Under the pieces are notes generated by a model. The model did no database searches. It was not told where the DNA came from and saw only the letters and a program-made list of their open reading frames with translations. The position numbers and the translations under genes are program-made. A DNA stretch of 64,000 nt from Methylococcales bacterium (GTDB taxonomy: Bacteria; Pseudomonadota; Gammaproteobacteria; JABHGC01), in assembly GCA_018672285.1 (NCBI GenBank), contig JABHGC010000237.1:17883-81882 (forward strand), given 5' to 3'. Shown piece by piece: positions 21,587 through 31,173 of the stretch; the stretch's first letter is position 1; each line of letters begins with the position of its first letter.

Positions 21587-21911
21587 CTATCCAGCTCACC
21601 TCTGAGGTTTACCATTTTTCGCCTTGAACTGGCAAACCTCAGAGGCAATCTGAACAGCTACCGTGACGCGATGTCGTGTCTTTTGTGTTAGGTCGATAGT
21701 TTGGTATAAAGCATCTTACGCTGATAATTAATTCGTAAGACAGGCTGTAACTATTGTGGGGTAAGCGGGTGTCAATGCGCCGTAGTAGTTACAGTCTGTC
21801 TGGTTTCGAAATAAAAAACGTAGCGGTTTAGATTTGATCTAGGTACAAATAAAAAATAAATTTAATAACTGTTTGAGTGTTAATACTCTTTCAATTAAGG
21901 AATAAATAAAC

Positions 21912-23660
21912 ATGGCAAATATCGTTGATGTGGTCGTTCCCAATATAGGGGATTTTGATAAAGTTGAAATTATTGAGGTCTTAGTCTCTGCGGGTGATGA
22001 AGTCACCAAAGAAGACCCTATTATCACTTTAGAAAGCGATAAAGCCTCGATGGATATTCCAACATCAGAATCTGGCATCGTAAAAGAAGTTAAGGTTGAA
22101 GTGGGCGGTAAGATTGGTGAAGGTGATTTAATCTTAACGTTAGAAGTTTCTGCTGATAGTAATGCGCCTTCACCTAAAGAAGAGCCAGCAGCAGAGCCAA
22201 AGTCTGCCACGATCACTGCGCCAACTGCATCGGCTGCTGCTGGGGATGCGGATATGCAAACCGAAGTACTGGTTTTAGGCTCTGGCCCTGGTGGTTACAC
22301 AGCGGCTTTTCGTGCGGCAGATTTAGGCAAAAAAGTCATCATGGTTGAGCGCTACCCAGTGATTGGTGGTGTTTGTCTGAACGTGGGTTGTATACCGTCG
22401 AAGGCGTTGCTGCATGTGGCTCAAGTGATGAATGAGGCGGAAGAATTTGCCGATATTGGGGTGAAATTTGGTAAGCCAGAAGTTGATTTAGAAGGCATCA
22501 AAAAGCATAAAAACGGCACCGTAAAGAAACTAACCGGCGGTTTAAAAGCGTTGGCGAAACAACGTAAAGTCACCATTGTCACCGGTTACGGTAAATTTGA
22601 AAGTGCCAATACCGTTGTGGTTGAAACCGATGAAGGTACAAAGCGAATTTCTTTTGAGAATGCGATTATTGCCGCAGGTTCAAGTGCCACTCAAATTCCG
22701 GTTTTCCCAAATGATGATCCACGATTAATTGACTCAACGGGTGCGCTTGAGATGGATGGTGTTCCTGAAACCATGTTAGTGGTTGGTGGGGGGATCATTG
22801 GTCTAGAAATGGCGACGGTTTATGATGCGCTAGGCACAAAAATTAGCATTGTCGAGTTAATGGATGGTTTGATCCCGGGTTGTGATAAAGATTTGGTGAA
22901 ACCCTTGCATCGCCGAATTGCCAAAAAATATGAAAAAATATATCTCGGTACACGAGTCACTGCGATTGAATCTACGGATGCAGGCTTAAAAGTCTCCTTT
23001 GAAGGTAAGGGCGCGCCTGAGTCTGCAGTGTACGATAAAGTATTGGTTGCCGTGGGTCGCCGTCCAAACGGCCCATTGATAGATGCCGACAAAGCTGGCG
23101 TGATCGTCAATGAGCAAGGTTTTATTCCTGTTGATCGTCAGCAAATAACAAATGTCCCGCATATTTATGCCATTGGTGACATTGTTGGCAACCCAATGCT
23201 CGCGCATAAAGCGGTTCATGAGGGTAAAGTTGCCGCTGAAGTCATTGCAGGGCATAAGTCCGGCTTTGATGCTTTAACCATACCATCGGTTGCCTATACC
23301 GATCCTGAGGTTGCATGGATGGGGTTAACCGAAACGGAAGCTAAAGAGAAAGGCATTAAAGTGGAAGTGGGTGCCTTCCCGTGGGCTGCGAGTGGTCGTT
23401 CATTGAGTATCGGTCGGTCTGAAGGCTTGACCAAAATGATCTTTGACCCAGAAACCAAACGCCTGCTAGGGGCTGGCATTGTTGGTACTAATGCCGGTGA
23501 ATTAATTGCAGAAGCGGTACTTGGGCTAGAAATGGGGGCTGATATGCAAGATATTGGTTTAACCGTGCACCCTCATCCAACCTTATCAGAGACGTTGTGT
23601 TTTGCCTCAGAAATGGCAGAGGGCACCATTACGGATTTGATCCCCAAGAAAAAACGTTAA
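21912..23660 (+). CDS. lpdA: dihydrolipoyl dehydrogenase E3 carrying an N-terminal lipoyl domain
   Basis: 582 aa. N-terminal lipoyl domain ('LESDKASMDIPTS'), then FAD/NAD disulfide oxidoreductase 'GGVCLNVGCIPSK'. Confidence 0.9.
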   Translation: MANIVDVVVPNIGDFDKVEIIEVLVSAGDEVTKEDPIITLESDKASMDIPTSESGIVKEVKVEVGGKIGEGDLILTLEVSADSNAPSPKEEPAAEPKSATITAPTASAAAGDADMQTEVLVLGSGPGGYTAAFRAADLGKKVIMVERYPVIGGVCLNVGCIPSKALLHVAQVMNEAEEFADIGVKFGKPEVDLEGIKKHKNGTVKKLTGGLKALAKQRKVTIVTGYGKFESANTVVVETDEGTKRISFENAIIAAGSSATQIPVFPNDDPRLIDSTGALEMDGVPETMLVVGGGIIGLEMATVYDALGTKISIVELMDGLIPGCDKDLVKPLHRRIAKKYEKIYLGTRVTAIESTDAGLKVSFEGKGAPESAVYDKVLVAVGRRPNGPLIDADKAGVIVNEQGFIPVDRQQITNVPHIYAIGDIVGNPMLAHKAVHEGKVAAEVIAGHKSGFDALTIPSVAYTDPEVAWMGLTETEAKEKGIKVEVGAFPWAASGRSLSIGRSEGLTKMIFDPETKRLLGAGIVGTNAGELIAEAVLGLEMGADMQDIGLTVHPHPTLSETLCFASEMAEGTITDLIPKKKR

Positions 23661-23669
23661 GTGTGTTGC

Positions 23670-23694
23670 AGCTGAGTGGTTTTATGCGCTCAGC
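23670..23694 (+). terminator. weak hairpin after lpd (no clear T-run)
   Basis: gctgagtgg ... cgctcagc stem with one G-U; low confidence. Confidence 0.25.
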
Positions 23695-23822
23695 GGTAAA
23701 ATGAAAGTGATGCGTCACCCGTCTCTGTTGTTTGTTCTTACAGGGATGTATCACTTGTCTTAGTTATCGATGGTCTCTAGAAAGCACCATCATTGTCAGT
23801 CTTTATATAAGTTGTTTCTGTT

Positions 23823-24584
23823 ATGCCTTTGACCCTCAATTTTCAAGTCGTCGGTAGCGGCGAGCCGGTTGTTATTTTGCATGGGCTATTTGGTTCTTTG
23901 ACGAATTGGCAGCAAGTGGCAAAGCAGTTGGCAACCCAGTATCAAGTTTATTCAGTAGACTTGCGTAACCATGGGCAGTCTCCGCACGATCACTCTATGC
24001 ATTACACGGACATGGTTGCAGACCTTGAGTTATTTTTGCGGTCACAGTCAATAGCCGATGTTCATCTTATTGGTCACAGTATGGGTGGCAAGGTTGCGAT
24101 GCAATATAGCTTGGCACATTCCGAGCAAGTATCCTCATTAACCGTTGTCGATATTGCCCCAGTTCAGTATCATCACGACTTTAATGACATCATTGCAGGG
24201 CTAAAGGCCATTGATCTGGAGGCATTAACGGGCAGGCAGCAAGCCGTTGACGTGTTGGCTCCGTATGTTAAGCCTTTGGGGTTGCGGCAATTTTTACTGC
24301 AAAACTTGGTTTCAAACAATGGGCAGTATCAGTGGCGGATTAATATTTCAGCGATTGAGCATGAAATTACCAATATTGGTGACTTTCCAGATGTTGATGG
24401 TGCGTATTTAGGTCCTACTTTATTTGTGAAAGGTGAAGATTCTGACTATGTATTGCCAGAGTATGAGGCCCAGATTAATCAGTGGTTTCCTCATGCTCAA
24501 ATTGAGGGTATTGCTGAGGCTGGGCATTGGGTTCATGCTGAACAACCAAAGTTGTTCATGCAGGCGTTGTTGTCATTTTTGTAG
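23823..24584 (+). CDS. alpha/beta-fold hydrolase (YbfF-like esterase)
   Basis: 253 aa, 'HGLFGS' oxyanion region, nucleophile elbow 'GHSMGG', catalytic His near the C-terminus. Confidence 0.75.
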   Translation: MPLTLNFQVVGSGEPVVILHGLFGSLTNWQQVAKQLATQYQVYSVDLRNHGQSPHDHSMHYTDMVADLELFLRSQSIADVHLIGHSMGGKVAMQYSLAHSEQVSSLTVVDIAPVQYHHDFNDIIAGLKAIDLEALTGRQQAVDVLAPYVKPLGLRQFLLQNLVSNNGQYQWRINISAIEHEITNIGDFPDVDGAYLGPTLFVKGEDSDYVLPEYEAQINQWFPHAQIEGIAEAGHWVHAEQPKLFMQALLSFL

Positions 24585-24739
24585 CGGCTATAAAGCGAGC
24601 CGTTAATGTTTGAAGTGAAGTACAGGTGTAAAGCGTTTACGCAAAAGCACTATAGTTATGAAACCGTTGTTCGCTTAACTCAACAGAGTTTGAATGACAC
24701 AGTTATTTTAGCCATATTTAATATATTACGAGGCGCACC

Positions 24740-25951
24740 ATGTCTAATATCAATAAAGTCGTTTTAGCATATTCAGGCGGTTTAGATACCGCGGTTATCT
24801 TAAAATGGTTACAAGAAACCTATGACTGTGAAGTGGTCACTTTTACAGCCGATATTGGTCAAGGTGAGGAAGTTGAGTCTGCTCGCGGCAAAGCCGAAGC
24901 CTTGGGTGTGAAAGAAATTTACATTGAAGATTTAAGTGAAATCTTTGTTCGTGATTATGTCTTTCCAATGTTTCGAGCCAATGCCATCTATGAAGGTGAG
25001 TACTTGTTAGGGACTTCAATTGCTCGCCCTTTAATTGCAAGGCGTTTGGTTGAGATTGCACAAGAAACAGGTGCCGAAGCCATCTCTCATGGTGCAACGG
25101 GTAAGGGGAATGATCAGATACGGTTTGAGTTAGGTGCGTATGCCTTGATGCCAGGGGTGCAAATTATTGCACCATGGAGAATATGGGATTTAACGTCTCG
25201 TGAAACCTTAATGGCGTATGCGGCAGAGCACAATATCCCTGTAGAACAAAAACGAGGTGCAAAATCACCTTACTCAATGGATGCTAACTTACTGCATATT
25301 TCGTATGAAGGTGGCATTTTAGAAGACCCTTGGAACCGCCCTGATGATGATATGTGGCGTTGGTCAGTGTCTCCTGAAGACGCACCAAATGAAGGCTTGG
25401 AGATTGATTTAACCTACCGTAATGGTGATATCACTGAAATTGACGGTGCAGCATTAACGCCGGCACAAGTGTTACGTAAGCTCAATGAATTGGGTGGCGC
25501 GCATGGTGTTGGTCGTACTGATATCGTTGAAAACCGTTTTGTTGGTATGAAGTCTCGCGGTTGTTACGAAACCCCTGGTGGCACGATTATGATGCGCGCA
25601 CACCGTGCCATCGAGTCTATTACACTAGACCGTGAAGCGGCACATCTGAAAGATGAGTTGATGCCTAAGTATGCTACGTTAGTGTACAACGGTTACTGGT
25701 GGAGCCCTGAGCGTGAGATGATGCAATCCATGATTGATATGTCTCAAAAATACGTTAATGGTGTGGTAAAAATTAAGTTGTATAAAGGTAATGTGATTGT
25801 ATTAGGCCGTAAATCAGATGATACGTTGTTTGATGAGTCAGTTGCTACATTTGATGATGATGGTGGTGCTTACGACCAAAAAGATGCAGAAGGCTTTATT
25901 AAGCTGAATGCATTACGTTTGAGAATTGCAGCGATGAAGCATCGAAAATAG
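24740..25951 (+). CDS. argG: argininosuccinate synthase
   Basis: 403 aa, PP-loop 'AYSGGLDTA', conserved ArgG core. Confidence 0.95.
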   Translation: MSNINKVVLAYSGGLDTAVILKWLQETYDCEVVTFTADIGQGEEVESARGKAEALGVKEIYIEDLSEIFVRDYVFPMFRANAIYEGEYLLGTSIARPLIARRLVEIAQETGAEAISHGATGKGNDQIRFELGAYALMPGVQIIAPWRIWDLTSRETLMAYAAEHNIPVEQKRGAKSPYSMDANLLHISYEGGILEDPWNRPDDDMWRWSVSPEDAPNEGLEIDLTYRNGDITEIDGAALTPAQVLRKLNELGGAHGVGRTDIVENRFVGMKSRGCYETPGGTIMMRAHRAIESITLDREAAHLKDELMPKYATLVYNGYWWSPEREMMQSMIDMSQKYVNGVVKIKLYKGNVIVLGRKSDDTLFDESVATFDDDGGAYDQKDAEGFIKLNALRLRIAAMKHRK

Positions 25952-25979
25952 TTTTATCAAGACTTATAGTTTGAATTAG

Positions 25980-26013
25980 CACATTTTAGAGGTTTTCTAA
26001 AATGTGTTTTTTT
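25980..26013 (+). terminator. rho-independent terminator after argG
   Basis: 11-bp perfect stem cacattttaga/tctaaaatgtg (25980-25990 / 25996-26006), 5-nt loop, then T7 (26007-26013). Confidence 0.75.
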
Positions 26014-26252
26014 ATGCCTATTGAAAGGTGCCTGGATTTCAGGTGTCAATAGAGTGCAGTTGTCATTTTCAATAGGTTGGATTTCTCTTTTTTGTTCTTA
26101 TCTATTATTATATGAGCTAATTTAGCTGGAATAACATGGATGTGCTTTCTGTAATACCTTTTGTATTTTTCTGTAAGTGACTCCATGTTGTCTGATAAAG
26201 TAGCCGAAGGTCATATTTTATCGGTGCTGTATTCTGCATGCTTTAGTCTGAG

Positions 26253-27404
26253 CTAGCTGCATACTTGGTTTCTTCCCTTCTTTTTGGCTTTATATAAAGC
26301 CTTGTCTGCATTTTTAACAACATCATTAGGGGTTTGTCTCGCCATTTTTAAGGCGCAGCCAATACTAATGGTCACGGAGACATTTTTCTTGGTTTTACCT
26401 TTATTGGATTTAATGATGCGGCTTTCTACTGCTTCACGGACTTGCTCGAGTTTATCCATCGCTTTATCAAAATTACCGGAAGAAAAGACAATGGTGAATT
26501 CTTCACCACCATAGCGATATGCATTTTGGCCAACACATTTTTTAATGGTACGAGCAACATCATTCAGCACTTTATCGCCCATATCGTGGCCGTAGGTGTC
26601 ATTGAATTTTTTGAAGTGATCAATGTCGATCATTGCAATACAGTAGTGACCCGTTAACCCTGCAAGGCGTTCGTTTAAAGCGCGTCTTGCAGGTATTTGA
26701 GTTAAATCATCATAAAAAGCAATGCTATGTAGGTGAGATAATAATCCAAATAAGCTGATGCTGAGTGCGGTGGTGATCAAACTTTGAAATAACCAAGCTT
26801 CATGGCTGTAGTGAAAGGCTAAAAATAGTGCGATAAAGGCCCCAAAATAACTTTGTCGTAATGATGATGGATAAGCCCTAAAAAAGAGAATGACACTTGC
26901 AGATAGCATTGAGTACAGTATCCAGTCAGCTTGAGATAGGTGGTTTAAAACGGGTGCCTTCTGCTGTAACCAAGCTGTAACCGGTGTTAATACGTCACTG
27001 TGCTGTGTTAGCCAAACAGCCGCACTGACTTGTGCTGCAAGTAAAGACCATTTAAGCAAATTTCTTAATGTGAAAAAGTGGACATCTTGAAATAAACAGC
27101 AAAATAAGGCGTTGCTAATAAGTAAGGCGATGATGCCAATCTCATGGATATGGTTGTGAACAATCGGCTGACTTTGATAGAGCAGTAACCCAATAGACAA
27201 TGTGCTGATTAATAAGCAAGTGGTCCGGTGAAATTTAAGACATAACAGAATATTAATGCTGGCAATAATATAAGGGAGGAGCTGTAGTAAACCCTGAATT
27301 TTCGAGGTGAGTTGTATCACATAAGGCTGAGCATAAAAAACACTGGCTACGAATAATAATGGTAAAAATAGAGTGGACAGGGTGTGTCCTAGCAATGCGC
27401 GCAT
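26253..27404 (-). CDS. membrane-bound diguanylate cyclase (multi-TM N-terminal domain plus GGDEF)
   Basis: 383 aa. About 7 TM helices, then a GGDEF domain with active-site 'RYGGEEF'. Confidence 0.8.
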   Translation of the reverse strand: MRALLGHTLSTLFLPLLFVASVFYAQPYVIQLTSKIQGLLQLLPYIIASINILLCLKFHRTTCLLISTLSIGLLLYQSQPIVHNHIHEIGIIALLISNALFCCLFQDVHFFTLRNLLKWSLLAAQVSAAVWLTQHSDVLTPVTAWLQQKAPVLNHLSQADWILYSMLSASVILFFRAYPSSLRQSYFGAFIALFLAFHYSHEAWLFQSLITTALSISLFGLLSHLHSIAFYDDLTQIPARRALNERLAGLTGHYCIAMIDIDHFKKFNDTYGHDMGDKVLNDVARTIKKCVGQNAYRYGGEEFTIVFSSGNFDKAMDKLEQVREAVESRIIKSNKGKTKKNVSVTISIGCALKMARQTPNDVVKNADKALYKAKKKGRNQVCS

Positions 27405-27621
27405 ACCAACCCCCGAGAGCTAACTGATTAATTGATTATCGGCAAGCCAGCCATGAACTTTAGAGTTAACCCCAGAAAGTTTGGGGTGGGTTAATCTGTT
27501 TATCTTGTTTTTACGCACCAAAATGAGGTGAAAATTTCTCTTTCCGTTCTGTTTTGGTGCAAGTTAAAGCTGTAAATATAGTCTATTGTTATATGAGACA
27601 AAAAATAATCAGGCTAATACT

Positions 27622-30600
27622 ATGCGTAAACTGTTTTATTCTCTTATTGCTTCGATGATTCTATTTATCCCTTTCGTTTTTGCAGCTGATGCACCTGATT
27701 TTGAAGCAAGACTGCAGGCAGTTGAGCAAACCCAAAATAACTTGAACCATGTTTGGACGATGATCGCGGCTTGCTTGGTTTTTTTTATGCAGGCAGGGTT
27801 TTTGTTTTTAGAAGCAGGCATGGTGCGCTCTAAAAATTCAATTAATGTCGCCCAGAAGAACATTGCAGACATCGTTATTTCAGCCGTTTGCTTTGGTGGT
27901 GTTGGGTTTATGTTGATGTTTGGTGATAGCCAAGGGGCATTCGGTTACCAATCTGACCTTCTGTTTTTTGACCAAGTAGAAGATTGGACATTTACCTTTT
28001 TTGTTTTCCAGGTGGTTTTTTGTGGCACGGCAGCCACCATCGTGTCTGGTGCGGTTGCAGAACGGATGCAATTTGTCGGGTACTTGTATACCACAGTCTT
28101 TATCGCGTTGATTGTGTACCCTCTATACGGTCATTGGGCTTGGGGGAACTTGTTGAATACAGACAATACTGCCTGGATTGCTGATTTAGGTTTTATCGAC
28201 TTTGCCGGGTCCACGGTGGTGCATTCTATTGGTGGCTGGGTGGCGTTAGCGGGTGTTGTTGTGTTGGGCGCAAGGATTGGCCGATTTGATGAAAAGACCG
28301 GTGAGGTTAAACGTTTAATAGGGCATAGCCCGGTCCTCGCAACCGTTGGTACCATTATTTTATGGATCGGTTGGATTGGCTTTAACGGCGGGTCTACGAC
28401 AGCGGGGACACCCCAATTTGCACATATTATTGCCAATACGGTGGTTGCCGGTGGTATTGGTGGGCTTGCAGGGTTAATCATTGGCAGAATAATGGATGGG
28501 TATTTTCGCCCGGACAGTTCCATCGTTGGCGTACTGGGTGGCTTAGTAGCCGTAACCGCAGGTTGCGATGTGCTATCGATGTGGGGCGCTGTGGTGATCG
28601 GGGCGAGTGGTGGCGCACTGTCAAATGTGATGGCGAAAGTCATGGTGACAAAGTGGAAGTTGGATGATGCGGTTGATGCGGTTGCCATTCATGGCTTTTC
28701 TGGCGCATGGGGTACCACTGTCATGGTGTTTTTAGTGCACCCTGAGAAATTAGAAATGGGGGTCTGGGCACAATTTGGCGTGCAATGTTTTGGTGTTTTT
28801 GTTGGCTTTGTTTGGGCATTTGGTCTGTCTTACGTGTTTTTCAAAATCTTGGATCGTGTTTTACCAGGTGGATTAAGGGTCACTAAAGAGCAAGAAAGGG
28901 AAGGGTTAAATGTATCAGAGCACGGGACTCAGCTCGGTACAGGAGAATTACTGAAAGGCATGATTGCACTCGCGGAGACCGGGGATTTTAATCAAGAGTT
29001 GGATGAAACCGCAGGGGATGAATCCGGGGAGCTGGCTATTGCCTTTAATCGCGTCGTGCTGTCAATGAGGCAACAAGATGAAGCAAGGGAGTTGGTGCAA
29101 AAGAAAAAGTTTTCACAGGAACGAGAGATTGCGATGGCCAGTACGCGGATAAAGCAGGCCTTAGATAATGTTTCGGCGAATGTGTTAGTGGCGGATGTCG
29201 GGCATAAAATTATTTATGCTAACCCTGCACTGCAAAACCTCTTTAAAGAGGTCGAGGGGGATTTGCACAAGGCCGTGCCAGATGTACGTGTCACCGAGAT
29301 TGAAGGTGTGCCTTTAGAGGTTTTGGCAACCAGCGATGCTTCTCCTTTTCATGCTGCACAGTTAGATTCTTTAGAGAGCGCTACCGGGACGGAAGTGGTT
29401 TATGGTAACAGTACGTTCGTTATTCAGGGCAACCCGGTCATGAATGAGCAACAGCAGCGAATTGGTTTTGTCTTTGAGTGGACAAATATCACTAAGGAGT
29501 TGGCTGTACAGCAAGAAATTGATGAGGTTGTTCAAGCCGCCAAACAAGGTGACTTTAATCATCGAATTCCGGTGGCAGAAAAACACGGCTTTATGCTCAG
29601 TCTTAGTGAGGGTATCAATCACGTGATTGATACATCAGCTGAAGGGTTGGATGAGGTCAAAGCGGTGTTGGCTGCCATTTCATCAGGGGATTTAAGCCGG
29701 CGTTTTGAAAAGGACTTTCCTGGCACTTTTGGTGAACTAAAAGAGTATTGTAACCATACGGTTGACTCTTTGAATGATGTGCTTGGGAGAATCTCTACCG
29801 TTGTAAAATCTGCCAATGCAGGGGATTTTAGCTCTGAAGTGTCCGTCAATGAACTATCAGGATACCAGGTTGAGATGGCCGAGAGCATTAATGCGCTTGT
29901 ATCGACAACGGCGACAGGTTTGTCTGAAGTTTCACAAGTCTTATCTGCAATTTCAAACGGTGATTTGTCTCAGAGAATAACGGTTGAATTACCTGGCACC
30001 TTTGGTGAACTCAGTGAGTATTGCAACCACACGGTAGATTCATTGCAAACCATTATAGGTCAGTTGGGGCGTGTTGTTGCTGCCGCAAATGAAGGGGATT
30101 TTGATGTAAGAGCAACGGTTGAAGGGTTGCAGGGTTATCAGAGTGAGGTCGGTGAGGGCATTAATCAATTGGTTGAAACCTGTAAACAAGGTTTGGATGA
30201 GGTGGTGATGGTACTCTCTGCGTTGTCCAAAGGGGATTTATCGACCACGATTACAGGGGATTATCAGGGCATATTTTTGCAGCTGAAAAACAGTGCAAAT
30301 GGCACCATTGCCCAATTGGTTTCGACCATTGACCAAATACACCAATCGTCTGATTTTGTTGCCGCTGTTGCTGACAATATTTCTTCTGCTAATAGTAACC
30401 TTAAGGAGAGAACAGAACAGCAAATACGCTTTTTAGGGAATACAAAAGATAATGTAAAACAGATGGTTGGGGTTGTTGATTTAAACATGAACCACTCCGA
30501 GGAGGCTCGAGACCTAGCGGGTAAGGCTCAATTGCAAGCGACTAAGGGTGGACAGGTTATGACCCTGGTTAAGACCTCAATGGAAGGGATAAAAGACAGT

Positions 30601-31098
30601 AGCGACCGTATTACTGATATTATTGAGGTCATTGATGGCATTGCATTTCAAACCAATTTATTAGCGCTCAATGCGTCGGTTGAAGCCGCTAGGGCAGGTG
30701 ATCAAGGCAAAGGTTTTGCGGTGGTTGCGACTGAAGTGCGTAATTTGGCATTGAGAAGTAAAACAGCCTCAAAAGAAATTGCGGATTTAATCAAAGAAAG
30801 TCGTGAAAATGTTGTTAATGGTGGGCGCCTGGTTGATGAGTTTGATCAGGTTCTAAATGGTATTATGCGGTCTGTGAATCAAGTGAATAAAATTAATTAT
30901 AGCGTTGCAGATGCCAGTAAAGAGCAACATAAAAGCATCAATGAAATGACGGAGCAGTTTGAGAAAATGGGGCAGACAACGGATGAGAATGCTTCTTTGG
31001 TAGGGCAAGTTGCCGTCAGTAGCAAAAAATTGGTGTCTAGTGCGATAACGTTGAGGGAGCAGATGGCCTTTTTTCAAATAGCGCCATCAGCAGTTTAA
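27622..31098 (+). CDS. ammonium transporter (Amt) fused to a tandem HAMP-like array and a methyl-accepting chemotaxis signalling domain
   Basis: ORF 27586..31098 (TTG); likely start ATG 27622 with signal peptide '[24 protein letters not shown]'. Amt signature '[14 protein letters not shown]...LGARIGRF'. Then about 5 repeated 50-aa modules ('GDFNHRIPV...', '[29 protein letters not shown]', '[29 protein letters not shown]', '[15 protein letters not shown]'). Then the MCP core '[34 protein letters not shown]'. Confidence 0.85.
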   Translation: MRKLFYSLIASMILFIPFVFAADAPDFEARLQAVEQTQNNLNHVWTMIAACLVFFMQAGFLFLEAGMVRSKNSINVAQKNIADIVISAVCFGGVGFMLMFGDSQGAFGYQSDLLFFDQVEDWTFTFFVFQVVFCGTAATIVSGAVAERMQFVGYLYTTVFIALIVYPLYGHWAWGNLLNTDNTAWIADLGFIDFAGSTVVHSIGGWVALAGVVVLGARIGRFDEKTGEVKRLIGHSPVLATVGTIILWIGWIGFNGGSTTAGTPQFAHIIANTVVAGGIGGLAGLIIGRIMDGYFRPDSSIVGVLGGLVAVTAGCDVLSMWGAVVIGASGGALSNVMAKVMVTKWKLDDAVDAVAIHGFSGAWGTTVMVFLVHPEKLEMGVWAQFGVQCFGVFVGFVWAFGLSYVFFKILDRVLPGGLRVTKEQEREGLNVSEHGTQLGTGELLKGMIALAETGDFNQELDETAGDESGELAIAFNRVVLSMRQQDEARELVQKKKFSQEREIAMASTRIKQALDNVSANVLVADVGHKIIYANPALQNLFKEVEGDLHKAVPDVRVTEIEGVPLEVLATSDASPFHAAQLDSLESATGTEVVYGNSTFVIQGNPVMNEQQQRIGFVFEWTNITKELAVQQEIDEVVQAAKQGDFNHRIPVAEKHGFMLSLSEGINHVIDTSAEGLDEVKAVLAAISSGDLSRRFEKDFPGTFGELKEYCNHTVDSLNDVLGRISTVVKSANAGDFSSEVSVNELSGYQVEMAESINALVSTTATGLSEVSQVLSAISNGDLSQRITVELPGTFGELSEYCNHTVDSLQTIIGQLGRVVAAANEGDFDVRATVEGLQGYQSEVGEGINQLVETCKQGLDEVVMVLSALSKGDLSTTITGDYQGIFLQLKNSANGTIAQLVSTIDQIHQSSDFVAAVADNISSANSNLKERTEQQIRFLGNTKDNVKQMVGVVDLNMNHSEEARDLAGKAQLQATKGGQVMTLVKTSMEGIKDSSDRITDIIEVIDGIAFQTNLLALNASVEAARAGDQGKGFAVVATEVRNLALRSKTASKEIADLIKESRENVVNGGRLVDEFDQVLNGIMRSVNQVNKINYSVADASKEQHKSINEMTEQFEKMGQTTDENASLVGQVAVSSKKLVSSAITLREQMAFFQIAPSAV

Positions 31099-31133
31099 CA
31101 AGGATATTTTGCGGTGAAGTTTTAATCTGATCA

Positions 31134-31165
31134 TAGGAGGCGAGCAGAACAAGGCTCACCTCCTA
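31134..31165. terminator. hairpin between convergent Amt-MCP and chitinase genes (candidate bidirectional terminator)
   Basis: taggaggcgag / ctcacctccta arms (10 of 11 bp pair) with a 10-nt loop; no strong U-tract. Confidence 0.4.
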
Positions 31166-31173
31166 AATTAGGC

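Noticed and set aside
28131-28688. 185-aa minus-strand ORF inside the Amt domain
   Set aside because: Antisense to the ammonium-transporter coding region, which has clear family signatures; no start context.
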